Of a stretch of 61,249 bases of DNA, positions 47,868 through 57,262 are shown one piece after another. Position 1 is the first letter of the stretch, and each line of letters opens with the position of its first letter. The notes below the pieces were generated by a model. It was not told where the DNA came from, ran no database searches, and saw only the letters and a list, made by a program, of their open reading frames with translations. Source of the stretch: an uncultured Pirellulales bacterium (GTDB lineage: Bacteria > Planctomycetota > Phycisphaerae > Sedimentisphaerales > Anaerobacaceae); assembly GCA_964530105.1 (NCBI GenBank), contig CAZHBL010000001.1:1-61249 (forward strand), read 5' to 3'. A program made the position numbers and the translations under genes.

Positions 47868-50717
47868 CTAATTCCACTTTTGACGGTTCTTCACAAGAAC
47901 TACCCAATCTTTATCGGGTGTGTCTGGAGCAGGCCCTATCTTCACTTTTTGACCTGCCATGAGGTTTTCGCTGATTCCATCGAACTGGCCCGTTCGTGGA
48001 TTGTACCAGCGTTTCACAAATGCACCCTCTGCACGGCTGAGGTCGAGAACTCCGGTTTGCTTCGCGGTTGGCAGATAAATCGCATAGCACTCCCCCGCTT
48101 TTGCGAATACCTGCCCTTCGTGAGAGCAAGTCTTACCGGTGTATGTCGATTCACCGGTTAGCAGCTCGTCCGCCGGCTCCATTTCCCAAAATGGCAACTG
48201 CTCTTCCATGAACTTGCGTGCATACCAGATATACTTCCAAAGATAGTCGTACTTGCGGAAGTCCTGCGTATCGAGCAGTTCGGCCACGATGAACTCAACT
48301 TGTCCGCCGGAAAGGTATGCGGGCCAAAGCTTTTCTTTTCGCAGTGCAGCCGAATCATCCACCGGTATCCACGGCTGATCGTTCGTCGTGACCGTAAACT
48401 CATCCACAGCAATAGGAATTGGCCGTCCGGCATCCCGCGTCAGCTTTCGGAACGTCTCGATAACCGGCTTAATATCATTACGGCCGATCTGAAGTGACGT
48501 GATACTGAAGAGCTTGTCACCCAGGAACGGTTTCCACGCGTTGACAGGGTCCCCGGCGTGGTGCACGGTGATGGGATGACCGTAAGGATCGAGCTGCGCG
48601 ACGAAGGCGGCGAATTCCTTGATGCTCTGCGGTCCGAGATCCAGCCCGAGATTGTACTCCTCGCAGAGATTCCAGATTAGCGCATTGTGGTGTCCGAAAC
48701 GGGCGATCATCTCTCGATAGAACAACTTGCGCTCGGTCGTGAGGTCCTTTCCGCCGAGTTCGAGTTTGTTGTTCTTCTCGGCCTCGTTGAATACGAAGTG
48801 CAGAACGATTCCCTTCGCCTGAGCGTAGCTAAAGACAATCTGCCACTGATGGAGCTTGCTGATGTCATAATGCACGTCATTGTTGTCGGCAGCGCCTGCC
48901 GGATTAATCTTGCCTGCAAAGGGCCAGACGTTCTGCCCGTCGCCGCCGATATTCATCGGCAGAAAGTAGATCAGGTTCACATGCTGCTCAGCAAGATAGT
49001 TGATAGCACCGATGATTCCTTTGCCGCGACCCTCTCCCCAATCGGGGTCGCCCGGCTTCCAATCGCGAATGTGCCCGGCGTATTTCTTCACGACGAAACG
49101 ACTGCCTGAACGTGTATTGTCGAAACCGTAATAGGCCAGGAAATCCTCCGGGCTGTCGGTTCCCCCTTTAATCCAATAGCGGTTGTCGCCCAGAGTCTTG
49201 AGATAGAATTTACCGGGTACGTATGCAAGCTTGCCTTTGCTCAGGAAGCCGGGGGCGTTCGGATCGGTGCTTGCTACATCAAACTTACCTGTTTGCCCAT
49301 CCGGAATATCCGGCTCGCCGGCGTCCGGATCGAGCGATACGGCGACCTGCTTACTCTTACGAAATGACGCCTGGAACGACCAATGGCCTGCCGCATCGGG
49401 TGTAAAGTGAGCGCGCCACACGTTACCTGTTCCGTTCCCGTGCCCGTCGCCATCAAAGAACCCGGGGACAGTGTATCTCGCGCCTGTAGGCCCGCTGAAG
49501 GTTACAATAAGCCGGTAGTCCAGGAACGGATTGGGAGACTCGTCCGTTTCGGACGCGGTCGGACCACGAAAACTCACGGTAATAGGATGCCAAACTCTCC
49601 GTTCACCTTCGACAATAGGATCGAGGATGGCTTCGCCGACCTTTTTGAGAAATATGTTCTGCTCGGCGGTCGTGATTGGGTCTTCCTCTCCGTCTAAACC
49701 CAGCCGCACAATGACCATGTTCCATGTGGGGACAACGAACAGAAAATTGTTATTGTAGCCGCTGCGCGCGTACATGCGGACCGGTGCATCGGGCCACCTG
49801 CGTTTGCCTTCGGGCGTCACCCCGTTGGGCCACCAGTGGTATCCGTAAACGCCGGAGCCTTTGCGATCACTGGTTTCAAGAGCATTAGGGATTGAAGGAG
49901 GAACCTGCACGCTTGTTGCCTCACGGACCCATGAGGCGGGGACGAGCTGCTTTCCAATCCAGTTGCCTTCGTTTAGGAACAGAAGCCCGAATCGCGCCAG
50001 GTCGCTCGCTGAGATAACGAGGCCGCCCGTCCAGTTGGGGACTTTGCCCGTGGCGTCCGGCTGCCAATCCGTCCCGGAGATACCGACCGGGTCGAAGATT
50101 CGACGCTTCAAGTAGTCGTTGAGCGGCTCACCGGCAATCTGGGTGAGCACATAACCGTACTGCTGTGTGGCCTCATCCCAGTACTGGTACTTCGTTCCAG
50201 GAGCAAAGAACGGGGGCAGCGGACGGACAAACGCGTTTTCGTCGCCACGATGTTTCTCGTCAAAGTCATAAGAGCCTCCGACGCCGTCAAAACCGGATGT
50301 CATCGTCGCGAAGTGGCGGAGCGTAACGTTAGGATAATACTCGGCTAAGTCTTTCGGATTGTACTGCATAGCCAACGTGTCCAATGTGCACTTTCCGTCT
50401 TCGATCAACAGCCCCTGGACGGTGCTCGTGAATGCTTTTGTGACGGACCAGACTCGTTGTCGGCGATCCACTTCGGGGCCTTGCCAGATAACCCGCCCGT
50501 TGCGGACGATGATAAGCCTCTTGACGCCGTTGCTCCCGGAATGTTCGCGAAGATAATCTGCAGCAGCTTGCAGTTTTGCCGGGTCAACGCTCTGGGATTC
50601 GGGCGTAGCCACGTCCCACGCAGCGCCGGGAAATGCCATCTGACTCGGCCGTGCCGCCTGGTTGAATGTCGCAGCGAACAATAGAACAAAGCCGGTGCAA
50701 ATCCGATCTTTCGTCAT
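47868..50717 (-). CDS. Secreted fusion protein: class-C beta-lactamase-like serine hydrolase + DUF5060 + GH5/GH140-like (DUF4038-type) TIM barrel + C-terminal beta-domain
   Basis: 949 aa with a signal peptide. S-x-x-K SVTKAF, then YHWWPNG. DUF5060-like WHPITVSFRGP...YTVPGFFDGDG...WRAHFTPDAAGHWSF. Glycosidase-like core NLIYFLPMNIGGDGQNVWPF ... IVLHFVFNEAE ... ALIWNLCEEY. Confidence 0.65.
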   Translation of the reverse strand: MTKDRICTGFVLLFAATFNQAARPSQMAFPGAAWDVATPESQSVDPAKLQAAADYLREHSGSNGVKRLIIVRNGRVIWQGPEVDRRQRVWSVTKAFTSTVQGLLIEDGKCTLDTLAMQYNPKDLAEYYPNVTLRHFATMTSGFDGVGGSYDFDEKHRGDENAFVRPLPPFFAPGTKYQYWDEATQQYGYVLTQIAGEPLNDYLKRRIFDPVGISGTDWQPDATGKVPNWTGGLVISASDLARFGLLFLNEGNWIGKQLVPASWVREATSVQVPPSIPNALETSDRKGSGVYGYHWWPNGVTPEGKRRWPDAPVRMYARSGYNNNFLFVVPTWNMVIVRLGLDGEEDPITTAEQNIFLKKVGEAILDPIVEGERRVWHPITVSFRGPTASETDESPNPFLDYRLIVTFSGPTGARYTVPGFFDGDGHGNGTGNVWRAHFTPDAAGHWSFQASFRKSKQVAVSLDPDAGEPDIPDGQTGKFDVASTDPNAPGFLSKGKLAYVPGKFYLKTLGDNRYWIKGGTDSPEDFLAYYGFDNTRSGSRFVVKKYAGHIRDWKPGDPDWGEGRGKGIIGAINYLAEQHVNLIYFLPMNIGGDGQNVWPFAGKINPAGAADNNDVHYDISKLHQWQIVFSYAQAKGIVLHFVFNEAEKNNKLELGGKDLTTERKLFYREMIARFGHHNALIWNLCEEYNLGLDLGPQSIKEFAAFVAQLDPYGHPITVHHAGDPVNAWKPFLGDKLFSITSLQIGRNDIKPVIETFRKLTRDAGRPIPIAVDEFTVTTNDQPWIPVDDSAALRKEKLWPAYLSGGQVEFIVAELLDTQDFRKYDYLWKYIWYARKFMEEQLPFWEMEPADELLTGESTYTGKTCSHEGQVFAKAGECYAIYLPTAKQTGVLDLSRAEGAFVKRWYNPRTGQFDGISENLMAGQKVKIGPAPDTPDKDWVVLVKNRQKWN

Positions 50718-50719
50718 GT

Positions 50720-51265
50720 CTATGCCTCCTGAATCTCAGTTACTCTTTTGATATCCGGGTCCGTAAAACCATCAAGAACATCGCGCGCGACTGATGAAAA
50801 GCTGTACATAACAGCACCATCTTCACCCGCCTGAAACCAGTGTTTTGTTCCCGGCTCGGCCGTGACCTGGTCGCCCGGCTTAAGTATAAGCTCGTGGCGC
50901 GCCGTATAGACGCCTTCTTTTCCGGCCGGTATTGAACCGGCCCGCATGTTGTCATCACCGGGGATGTAGAGCCGCAGCGTGCCCGAGACCACCCTTACGA
51001 TTTCTTCCTTGCCCGGATCATCGCCCACCGGCGGGTGCCAGTGCTCAGGCAGCGTCTGACCGGGAAACAGGGCGACAACTTTTACAGCAATTCTGTTCGT
51101 GGCGACCAGCGTCAAAATCTGAGCGCCCTCGACATCGAGCCGGCCCAGGCCAAAGTCAGCCACTTCTACCTTATGCGTCTCATCGTCAGTGATGCATAAG
51201 CCGGATTCCCGGATCATGGCCGCCGCATGACTTTGTGCCGCAGCGTATTCTGATTTTGTTAGCAT
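50720..51265 (-). CDS. D-lyxose/D-mannose-family sugar isomerase (cupin)
   Basis: 181 aa. LPEHWHPPVGDDPGKEEIVRVVSGTLRLYIPGD ... GDQVTAEPGTKHWFQAG is typical of YdaE-like D-lyxose isomerases. Confidence 0.7.
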   Translation of the reverse strand: MLTKSEYAAAQSHAAAMIRESGLCITDDETHKVEVADFGLGRLDVEGAQILTLVATNRIAVKVVALFPGQTLPEHWHPPVGDDPGKEEIVRVVSGTLRLYIPGDDNMRAGSIPAGKEGVYTARHELILKPGDQVTAEPGTKHWFQAGEDGAVMYSFSSVARDVLDGFTDPDIKRVTEIQEA

Positions 51266-51280
51266 ACACAGCTCCCGGTT

Positions 51281-52696
51281 TTATTTCAGAAAGAATATCT
51301 TATACGTAAGAAGCCCGCCTACCAAAAGTACCGCAGCAATTATAAAAAGAATAAGCCGGATTTTGACTTGCCTCGGAGAGACCGAATCCGATATGGCCTT
51401 CTTCGGATTCATAAACAACCATGCAACGGCCGCCAATACGTTGATGGTTGCCGCGAAGACAAAGAACGAATTAGCCGTTCCCGTTTCTTCGGCGAAATAG
51501 GGCAACGTCACGTGCGCGACGAAACGCGGAAAGATAATAGCGCTAAAGGCTGAGCCGAGGTTGCCCAGCATGTTCATCGCGCCGGAGACCGCACCGGAGT
51601 TCTTGCCGCCGACATCCATACAGAACGACCAGCTCGGGCTGAGAGTTAGTTCGACGCCGAAGACAGCGATGCTAAAGCAAAGAATGAACTTCAGAGGGCC
51701 GGCTCCACCCATCTGCGTTGTCAGCATCAATCCCAACGCACCTATAATGAATCCCGTCAGTGCCGGAAGCCGGCGGGAATTCACGTGAAATCCTTTGCCG
51801 TACAGAAACGTAACCAATGCGCCGGAAATCCAGTGAGCAAACATGCCGAATATCAGCGGAATAGGTGCATAGATAGCTGCACTCGATCCCCATTGCCCTA
51901 TCAAGTATGGTTGGAGCCATGTAAAACTAATAAAGAATGTGATGTTGCTGGCGATGTACTGGAACATCGCCAGAAGCATATTGCCGGAGGTAACGATTAG
52001 GGCAAAAGGGACTCTCGCCGATGAGGTGCGACCTTCTGTTAATCCTTTTCGGATGTAGCTTAGCTCGGAGGCATTGACCTGAGGGTGGTCTTCGGGATCG
52101 TTTCGGAACCAAGACAGCCAGAGGCTCACCCATACGATCCCGAGGATCCCGTTAAGAACAAAGGTTAGACGCCAACCCACCAGCGAAATAAGAAAGGGCA
52201 TCAGGAGCAGTGAAAAAGCCGCTCCGACCCTGGCGCCCGAATGAAAAAGCCCCTGTGCAATGCCGCGTTCTTTGGCCGGAACCCAGTTGTACATTGCCCG
52301 TGTCGCCCCGGGAAAAGCCCCCGCCTCACCGACACCGAAGAGAAACCGTATCAGCACTAATGAAAAGACGTTGAATGCGGCCGCCGTCAACATCGTGAAC
52401 ATGCTCCACAGCGAAACGACCCACCCCAGTACTTTTCGCGGCCCGAGAACATCGGCGAGCCAGCCTGCGGGAATCTGAAACAAGGCGTAGCCGATAGCAA
52501 ACACGCCGAAAATATACCCCATCATGTCATTGTTAATGCCAAGGTCGTTCTGCATAGTACCGGCCGCCGATGAAATGCAGGCGCGATCCATGAAGGTATT
52601 GACTGTGTGGAAAAAAAGAAGGCCGATTAGCCAATAGCGTCCGTGGCTTTTTCTGGCATCATTGTTCGGGAACTTACCAGCCTTCACTTGAAGCAT
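51281..52696 (-). CDS. MFS transporter (anion:cation symporter / hexuronate-type)
   Basis: About 12 TM helices. MDRACISSAAG..., GWLADVLGPRK motif. The ORF extends to 52747, but the ATG at 52696 sits 1 nt after the BKACE stop (TAA-A-ATG). Start uncertain. Confidence 0.8.
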   Translation of the reverse strand: MLQVKAGKFPNNDARKSHGRYWLIGLLFFHTVNTFMDRACISSAAGTMQNDLGINNDMMGYIFGVFAIGYALFQIPAGWLADVLGPRKVLGWVVSLWSMFTMLTAAAFNVFSLVLIRFLFGVGEAGAFPGATRAMYNWVPAKERGIAQGLFHSGARVGAAFSLLLMPFLISLVGWRLTFVLNGILGIVWVSLWLSWFRNDPEDHPQVNASELSYIRKGLTEGRTSSARVPFALIVTSGNMLLAMFQYIASNITFFISFTWLQPYLIGQWGSSAAIYAPIPLIFGMFAHWISGALVTFLYGKGFHVNSRRLPALTGFIIGALGLMLTTQMGGAGPLKFILCFSIAVFGVELTLSPSWSFCMDVGGKNSGAVSGAMNMLGNLGSAFSAIIFPRFVAHVTLPYFAEETGTANSFFVFAATINVLAAVAWLFMNPKKAISDSVSPRQVKIRLILFIIAAVLLVGGLLTYKIFFLK

Positions 52697-52697
52697 T

Positions 52698-53525
52698 TTA
52701 TCTTTTCGGCCTGTCAGGGGCGATTCCATACATCTTTCTTGTCTCATCAGGACTTGTAACGCTTCGTCCTAATTGCTCAATGAGCTCGCGCGCCTTTGCA
52801 ACGAACTCTACGTTATTTGAGGCTTTCCTGCCGGGAGCAAGATACATCGAATCCTCAAATCCCACACGGACGTTGCCGCCAAGAGCAACCGACAAAGCAT
52901 GAAGGCTGTAGTCTGCGGCATGATGAGGTGTCAGAGTCCATACCGCATCGGCGGGCAACTGCCTGACCATGAATAAGATATTATCCGGCTTGGCGGGCAG
53001 CGTTCCGGGAAAACCAAGAGCAATATTCACGAGTAAAGGATGCTTAATAAGGCCTTTTTTGAGCAGGCGGTCTATCATTGTCATCATACCCGGCTCGAAA
53101 AACGTCATCTCCGGAATGACATTGTTCCTGTGCATCTTCTCGGCCCAAAATTCCACGTCCCCCGGCGTGTTTATATACGCCTGCTCGCCCACATTGCAGG
53201 AACCCATATTCAGCGATCCGGTTTCCACTTGTGGGACCTCAACCGAGACAGAGCGCTGGTCTCGCGTAAGGTCGGAAACTCCGCCGGTTGAGCCTTGTAT
53301 GATGATGTCGCATCTGGCTCGTATCATCCGGACCGTCTCTTGGAAATTCGACGTATCTACCGTAGCGTTTCCCTGCTCGTCGATGACATGCAAATGGACA
53401 ACCGAAGCACCAGCCCGGTAACACTCGTATATCTCCTGCGCCAGTTGTTCGGGGGTAGGGAAGCAATCAACATCATCATAGTAGCTCTGTGCCAGCGGTG
53501 CAACGGTTATGGCCACTTTGGTCAT
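52698..53525 (-). CDS. BKACE-family (DUF849; 3-keto-5-aminohexanoate cleavage enzyme-like) protein
   Basis: 275 aa. VAITVAP..., ASVVHLHV, IIQGSTGG, LGGNVRVGFEDS are hallmark blocks of the beta-keto acid cleavage enzyme TIM barrel. Confidence 0.75.
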   Translation of the reverse strand: MTKVAITVAPLAQSYYDDVDCFPTPEQLAQEIYECYRAGASVVHLHVIDEQGNATVDTSNFQETVRMIRARCDIIIQGSTGGVSDLTRDQRSVSVEVPQVETGSLNMGSCNVGEQAYINTPGDVEFWAEKMHRNNVIPEMTFFEPGMMTMIDRLLKKGLIKHPLLVNIALGFPGTLPAKPDNILFMVRQLPADAVWTLTPHHAADYSLHALSVALGGNVRVGFEDSMYLAPGRKASNNVEFVAKARELIEQLGRSVTSPDETRKMYGIAPDRPKR

Positions 53526-53836
53526 TGTGTCAATCTTTCAAAAGTAGGGGACAATCATGTTTGGTGCCGTAAGGTATCCCCAACGGGCCCCGGCCCATAG
53601 CGGTATAGGGCCTAATATACATGCACGGCATTATATCATAAATATCTTATTTAGTATTTATGCCTGCTAAAACCCTATATGTCAACCCTTGTCCTGCGAT
53701 GTACCACAACCGTGTAACACTGGCAAACCCGCACAGATTATGTTAGGATTTATGACAATCTCCGAACGAGGTGATTGTATACGATTGTTTCGAGACCAAT
53801 GAAAATAGATTGCCCAACAAAAAGAGGTGACAAATC

Positions 53837-55192
53837 ATGAGTGATAAGAAAAGATTATCGAGCCGTAGAGATTTCCTCAAGCGTGCATCAGCCTTCTGCG
53901 TGGGAACCTATGGAATGCCCTATCTTGTCCCAGGCTCGGTTCTTGGCGCCGGCGCCCCGAGCAACCGAATCAACGTCGGCTGTATAGGCATGGGCAATAT
54001 GGGCTTTACGGATTTGCAGGGTCTTATGAACCAGGATGATACCCGGATCGTCGCGGTATGCGATGTGAACCGGGGCAGTTACGGCTACAAGACCGCCGAG
54101 CAGTTTCGCGGTCGTGAGCCTGCCCGCAAGCTCGTGAACGACTATTACGCGAAGAATCAACGCCCAGGAACCTATACCGGCTGCGACGCATACAGTGACT
54201 TCCGCGATCTGTTAGCTCGCGACGATATCGACGCCGTCTCGGTCACTGTGCCGGACCATTGGCATGCAATCCCGACAATAATGGCGGCCCAGGCTGGAAA
54301 ACATATTTATTGTCAGAAACCGCTGAGCTTGACGATCGCAGAAGGCCGCGCGATGGTCGAAGCGGTCCGCCGTCACGGCGTAATTCTCCAGACCGGCAGC
54401 CAGCACCGCTCCAAGGACACCATGCGTTTTGCCTGCGAGCTTGTTCGCAACGGCCGTATCGGTCAGGTCAAACGCGTGCTCACCAGTTTAGAGCGGCACG
54501 GCTTGCGAACTGACATTGATACCTGGGAGCCTACGCCGGTGCCGGATGGATTTGACTACGACCTGTGGCTGGGGCCTGCGCCGTGGGCGCCACATCACTC
54601 GAACCGCTGTTTCTACACCTTCCGCTTTATCCAGGACTATGCAGGCGGCGAGACCACAAACACGGGCGCTCACAAGTTCGATATTGTCCAGTGGGGTCTC
54701 GGCACCGAGCACACCGGACCGGTTGAGATTGAAGATCTTGGCAGCGAGTTTCCCAAGACAGGTCTGTACGACGCTGTCAGCAAGATTCACTTTCGCGCCA
54801 GGTATGCCAACGGAGTCGAGCTGATTTGCACGCCGGGCGGGGTAGGCGGCACTGCCCGCTTCGAGGGTACCAAAGGTTCGGTATTCATGGATTGGAACTC
54901 GATGCGCACGGAGCCGGAATCTCTGGCGACGACCGTCATTGGTCCGAATGAAATCCATCTTTACCAAAGCCGGGATCACAAGCGCAATTTCCTCGACTGC
55001 ATAAGGTCGGGACAGGACCCGATTGCTCCAGTCGAGGTTGGACATCGTTCGGCAAGCGTATGCCACCTGGCCAATATCGCCATGAGACTCGGGCGAAAAC
55101 TCCGCTGGAACCCGGACGAAGAACGCTTTGTCGGCGACGACCAGGCTAATCGACTGTTGAGTAAACCTCTACATGCCCCGTGGCATGTGTAG
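53837..55192 (+). CDS. Gfo/Idh/MocA-family oxidoreductase with a TAT signal
   Basis: 451 aa. SRRDFLKRASAF twin-Arg signal. Rossmann INVGCIGMGNMG. GKHIYCQKPL motif. Confidence 0.85.
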   Translation: MSDKKRLSSRRDFLKRASAFCVGTYGMPYLVPGSVLGAGAPSNRINVGCIGMGNMGFTDLQGLMNQDDTRIVAVCDVNRGSYGYKTAEQFRGREPARKLVNDYYAKNQRPGTYTGCDAYSDFRDLLARDDIDAVSVTVPDHWHAIPTIMAAQAGKHIYCQKPLSLTIAEGRAMVEAVRRHGVILQTGSQHRSKDTMRFACELVRNGRIGQVKRVLTSLERHGLRTDIDTWEPTPVPDGFDYDLWLGPAPWAPHHSNRCFYTFRFIQDYAGGETTNTGAHKFDIVQWGLGTEHTGPVEIEDLGSEFPKTGLYDAVSKIHFRARYANGVELICTPGGVGGTARFEGTKGSVFMDWNSMRTEPESLATTVIGPNEIHLYQSRDHKRNFLDCIRSGQDPIAPVEVGHRSASVCHLANIAMRLGRKLRWNPDEERFVGDDQANRLLSKPLHAPWHV

Positions 55193-55269
55193 AGAACTTT
55201 ATAAAGTCGTTAGTCGCTGGTGAATAGTGAATAGTGCCAACGACCAACGATGAAATAGGAGTACTGTTT

Positions 55270-56439
55270 ATGACAACTATAATGCGATCCATTGTCTTTT
55301 TCGTTACCGTTGCTGTTCTGCTGCCGGCGACGTTGTCGGTCGGCGGGCGGCTTGAGAAGGAAGGCTATTTCCCACCGCCGGAATCGGAAGGCGGCTGGCG
55401 AATGCTTAACAAGCCCGATCAAATCAGGTGCATCACCGGAATGGACCCTGAAAAGCTGTCCGAACTGAAGGATTGGCTCATGGCCTCCGACAAGCGCAAC
55501 TTTGCGGCGGTAGTGATTCGTAACGGTTACATCGTGCTTCAAGTCGAGCGGGGCAACAGCGCTAAGACCGACTCGCGCCGAGTCGCCTCCGTTTCCAAAG
55601 CGATCTGCGCTACCGTTCTGGCCATCGCCTCAGAGCGGAGCCAGCATGGTCTGACGCCAAGGAAAATGTCGTTCGACGATCCGGCGTTCGACTTCATCCC
55701 CTGGGCCAGGCCGCTCAGCGATCCCCGCAAGGCGAAAATCACAGTCAAGCAACTGCTCAATCACACATCGGGCATCTGCCCGGAGGCGACCGGAGCGCCA
55801 AATGACGGCACGTGGCAGTATATCCTCGGCCTCAGCGGCGACGAGCGGACAGCGAAGCTGGCGTTCGATCCGGGCACGGCGTGCGGCTATTCGACAATGG
55901 CGCTGGCTCACGCGGCACTGGTCTGTGAGACCGTCACTGGTAAGCCTTACGACGAATTTGCCGTCGAATCGCTATTCAAACCAATTGGATGCGAGCACTG
56001 GTGGTTCCAATACTACGACGGCGGTAAGGAAATCGGCAGGCATCCGTCGCACGGAATGGGCATGCCGGCCCGCGACCTGGCTCGCATTGCATACTGCATG
56101 ATGCGAAACGGCAAGTGGAATGACAAACAGGTTATTCCGGCCTGGTTTGTCGAGCAAACCGCGGCGCCAACACACAATGTAAAGGGCCTGGAAATGCGTT
56201 TCAAACTCAACGACGAGACATTCTCTCACGGCTGGCAACTGCCTGCCCGTTTGAATGATCCGCACGTTCGCGGCATACCCGAGGACGCCCGCTACAAACC
56301 CGGTTCCGGCGGTCAGCTCATCGCGTTCGTACCCAGTCTGGACCTGGTCGTCACTCGACAGACCGGCAGCAGCGGCTCCTGGGAGTACGAGGAGTACCTG
56401 CGCCGAGCATGTGAGACAGTGGTGAAACAAGCTAGATGA
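55270..56439 (+). CDS. Secreted serine hydrolase (beta-lactamase/transpeptidase-like)
   Basis: S-x-x-K SVSKAI. HTSG motif (LLNHTSG). The ATG at 55270 (MTTIMRSIVFF..) is preceded by AGGAG; the ORF track starts at a GTG at 55234. Confidence 0.75.
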   Translation: MTTIMRSIVFFVTVAVLLPATLSVGGRLEKEGYFPPPESEGGWRMLNKPDQIRCITGMDPEKLSELKDWLMASDKRNFAAVVIRNGYIVLQVERGNSAKTDSRRVASVSKAICATVLAIASERSQHGLTPRKMSFDDPAFDFIPWARPLSDPRKAKITVKQLLNHTSGICPEATGAPNDGTWQYILGLSGDERTAKLAFDPGTACGYSTMALAHAALVCETVTGKPYDEFAVESLFKPIGCEHWWFQYYDGGKEIGRHPSHGMGMPARDLARIAYCMMRNGKWNDKQVIPAWFVEQTAAPTHNVKGLEMRFKLNDETFSHGWQLPARLNDPHVRGIPEDARYKPGSGGQLIAFVPSLDLVVTRQTGSSGSWEYEEYLRRACETVVKQAR

Positions 56440-56935
56440 ATTCCAGCCCGGTTCGTCGCTTTGATATACGCGTGATAGTTGCTCAGTGCTTGTAAGGCAT
56501 CTACTCTGTAATTTGTTTTAGATACGGTACTGCATTGTCGGAAATAGCGAAGCAATATCTCATGTAAAATTGTCACAAGATATAGGAAATTGTCTAAGGG
56601 CCTTCAGGAAGAACACAAATAGAAACATCTCTTCCGTATTTATGCAGAAATTCTTTGATAGCGTCCTCAACTTTTGAACACGGTTTGAGAAAAGCTCAAT
56701 TTGCTCATCGCTGAGATTGCGGCGGTGGAAGTATACGTCCGATTTCTGACAGATCATGCTGTGAACCTGTGCCTGCCACATATCCTGTCGTATAAAATCC
56801 TTTTCATGGATTTTTCGCAGAAGAGAATGATGGCTCTCGGCTTCACACAGACACTTGTCGTATTCTCTGTGGGATGGGAGGAATGGTGAAATCGTGTTTT
56901 TTTCCTCGACATTGACTAAAGATATATTATCCGAG

Positions 56936-57262
56936 AATTCGCTAAGTTCATTGAAAACGATTGCATTTTGTGATGTTTTTGTAAAGCCTTTTTTAAGAAA
57001 GGTTTATGGAGATGGCAATTTTCATAAATTAGCAGATAAAAGGTTGTATAGTTGTAGAAGGGTTGTTTAGATTTCCTCTTGAAATTGATGCCATTTTAAG
57101 GGCATTATGTCACTCTTTCAGGGCTTCTGGTTGCGGCAGTTTTGCTCGCCACTCTTTGGCTTTTTCTGGTTTGTTCCAGGATTCGTAGAGTTCGATTAGA
57201 GTGTGCCAAGATTCTAAAGTGTGTGGATGAGTGTCACCGAGTTTGAGGCGGCGGCCTTCAAC
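56936..57262 (-). repeat. Copy C of the 'kinase-TPR tail + 3' flank' repeat family (attached to the intact gene)
   Basis: The reverse complement of 57110..57262 matches 2..178. The reverse complement of 56936..57109 matches 33454..33628 (cataatgcccttaa.atg.c.tcaatttc...ctacaact.tacaac..cttatctgc...cataaacctttctt..aaaaggc.ttacaaaa.catca.aaaatgc.atcgttttcaatgaac). Confidence 0.65.

Noticed and set aside
56560-56781. A 73-aa ORF (MWQAQVHSMICQKSDVYFHRRNLSDEQIELFSNRVQKL...) downstream of the kinase-TPR gene.
   Set aside because: The frame stays open ~85 codons upstream of the Met without a start codon. There is no RBS and I recognise no family. It may be the remnant of a longer gene, but I cannot support a call.
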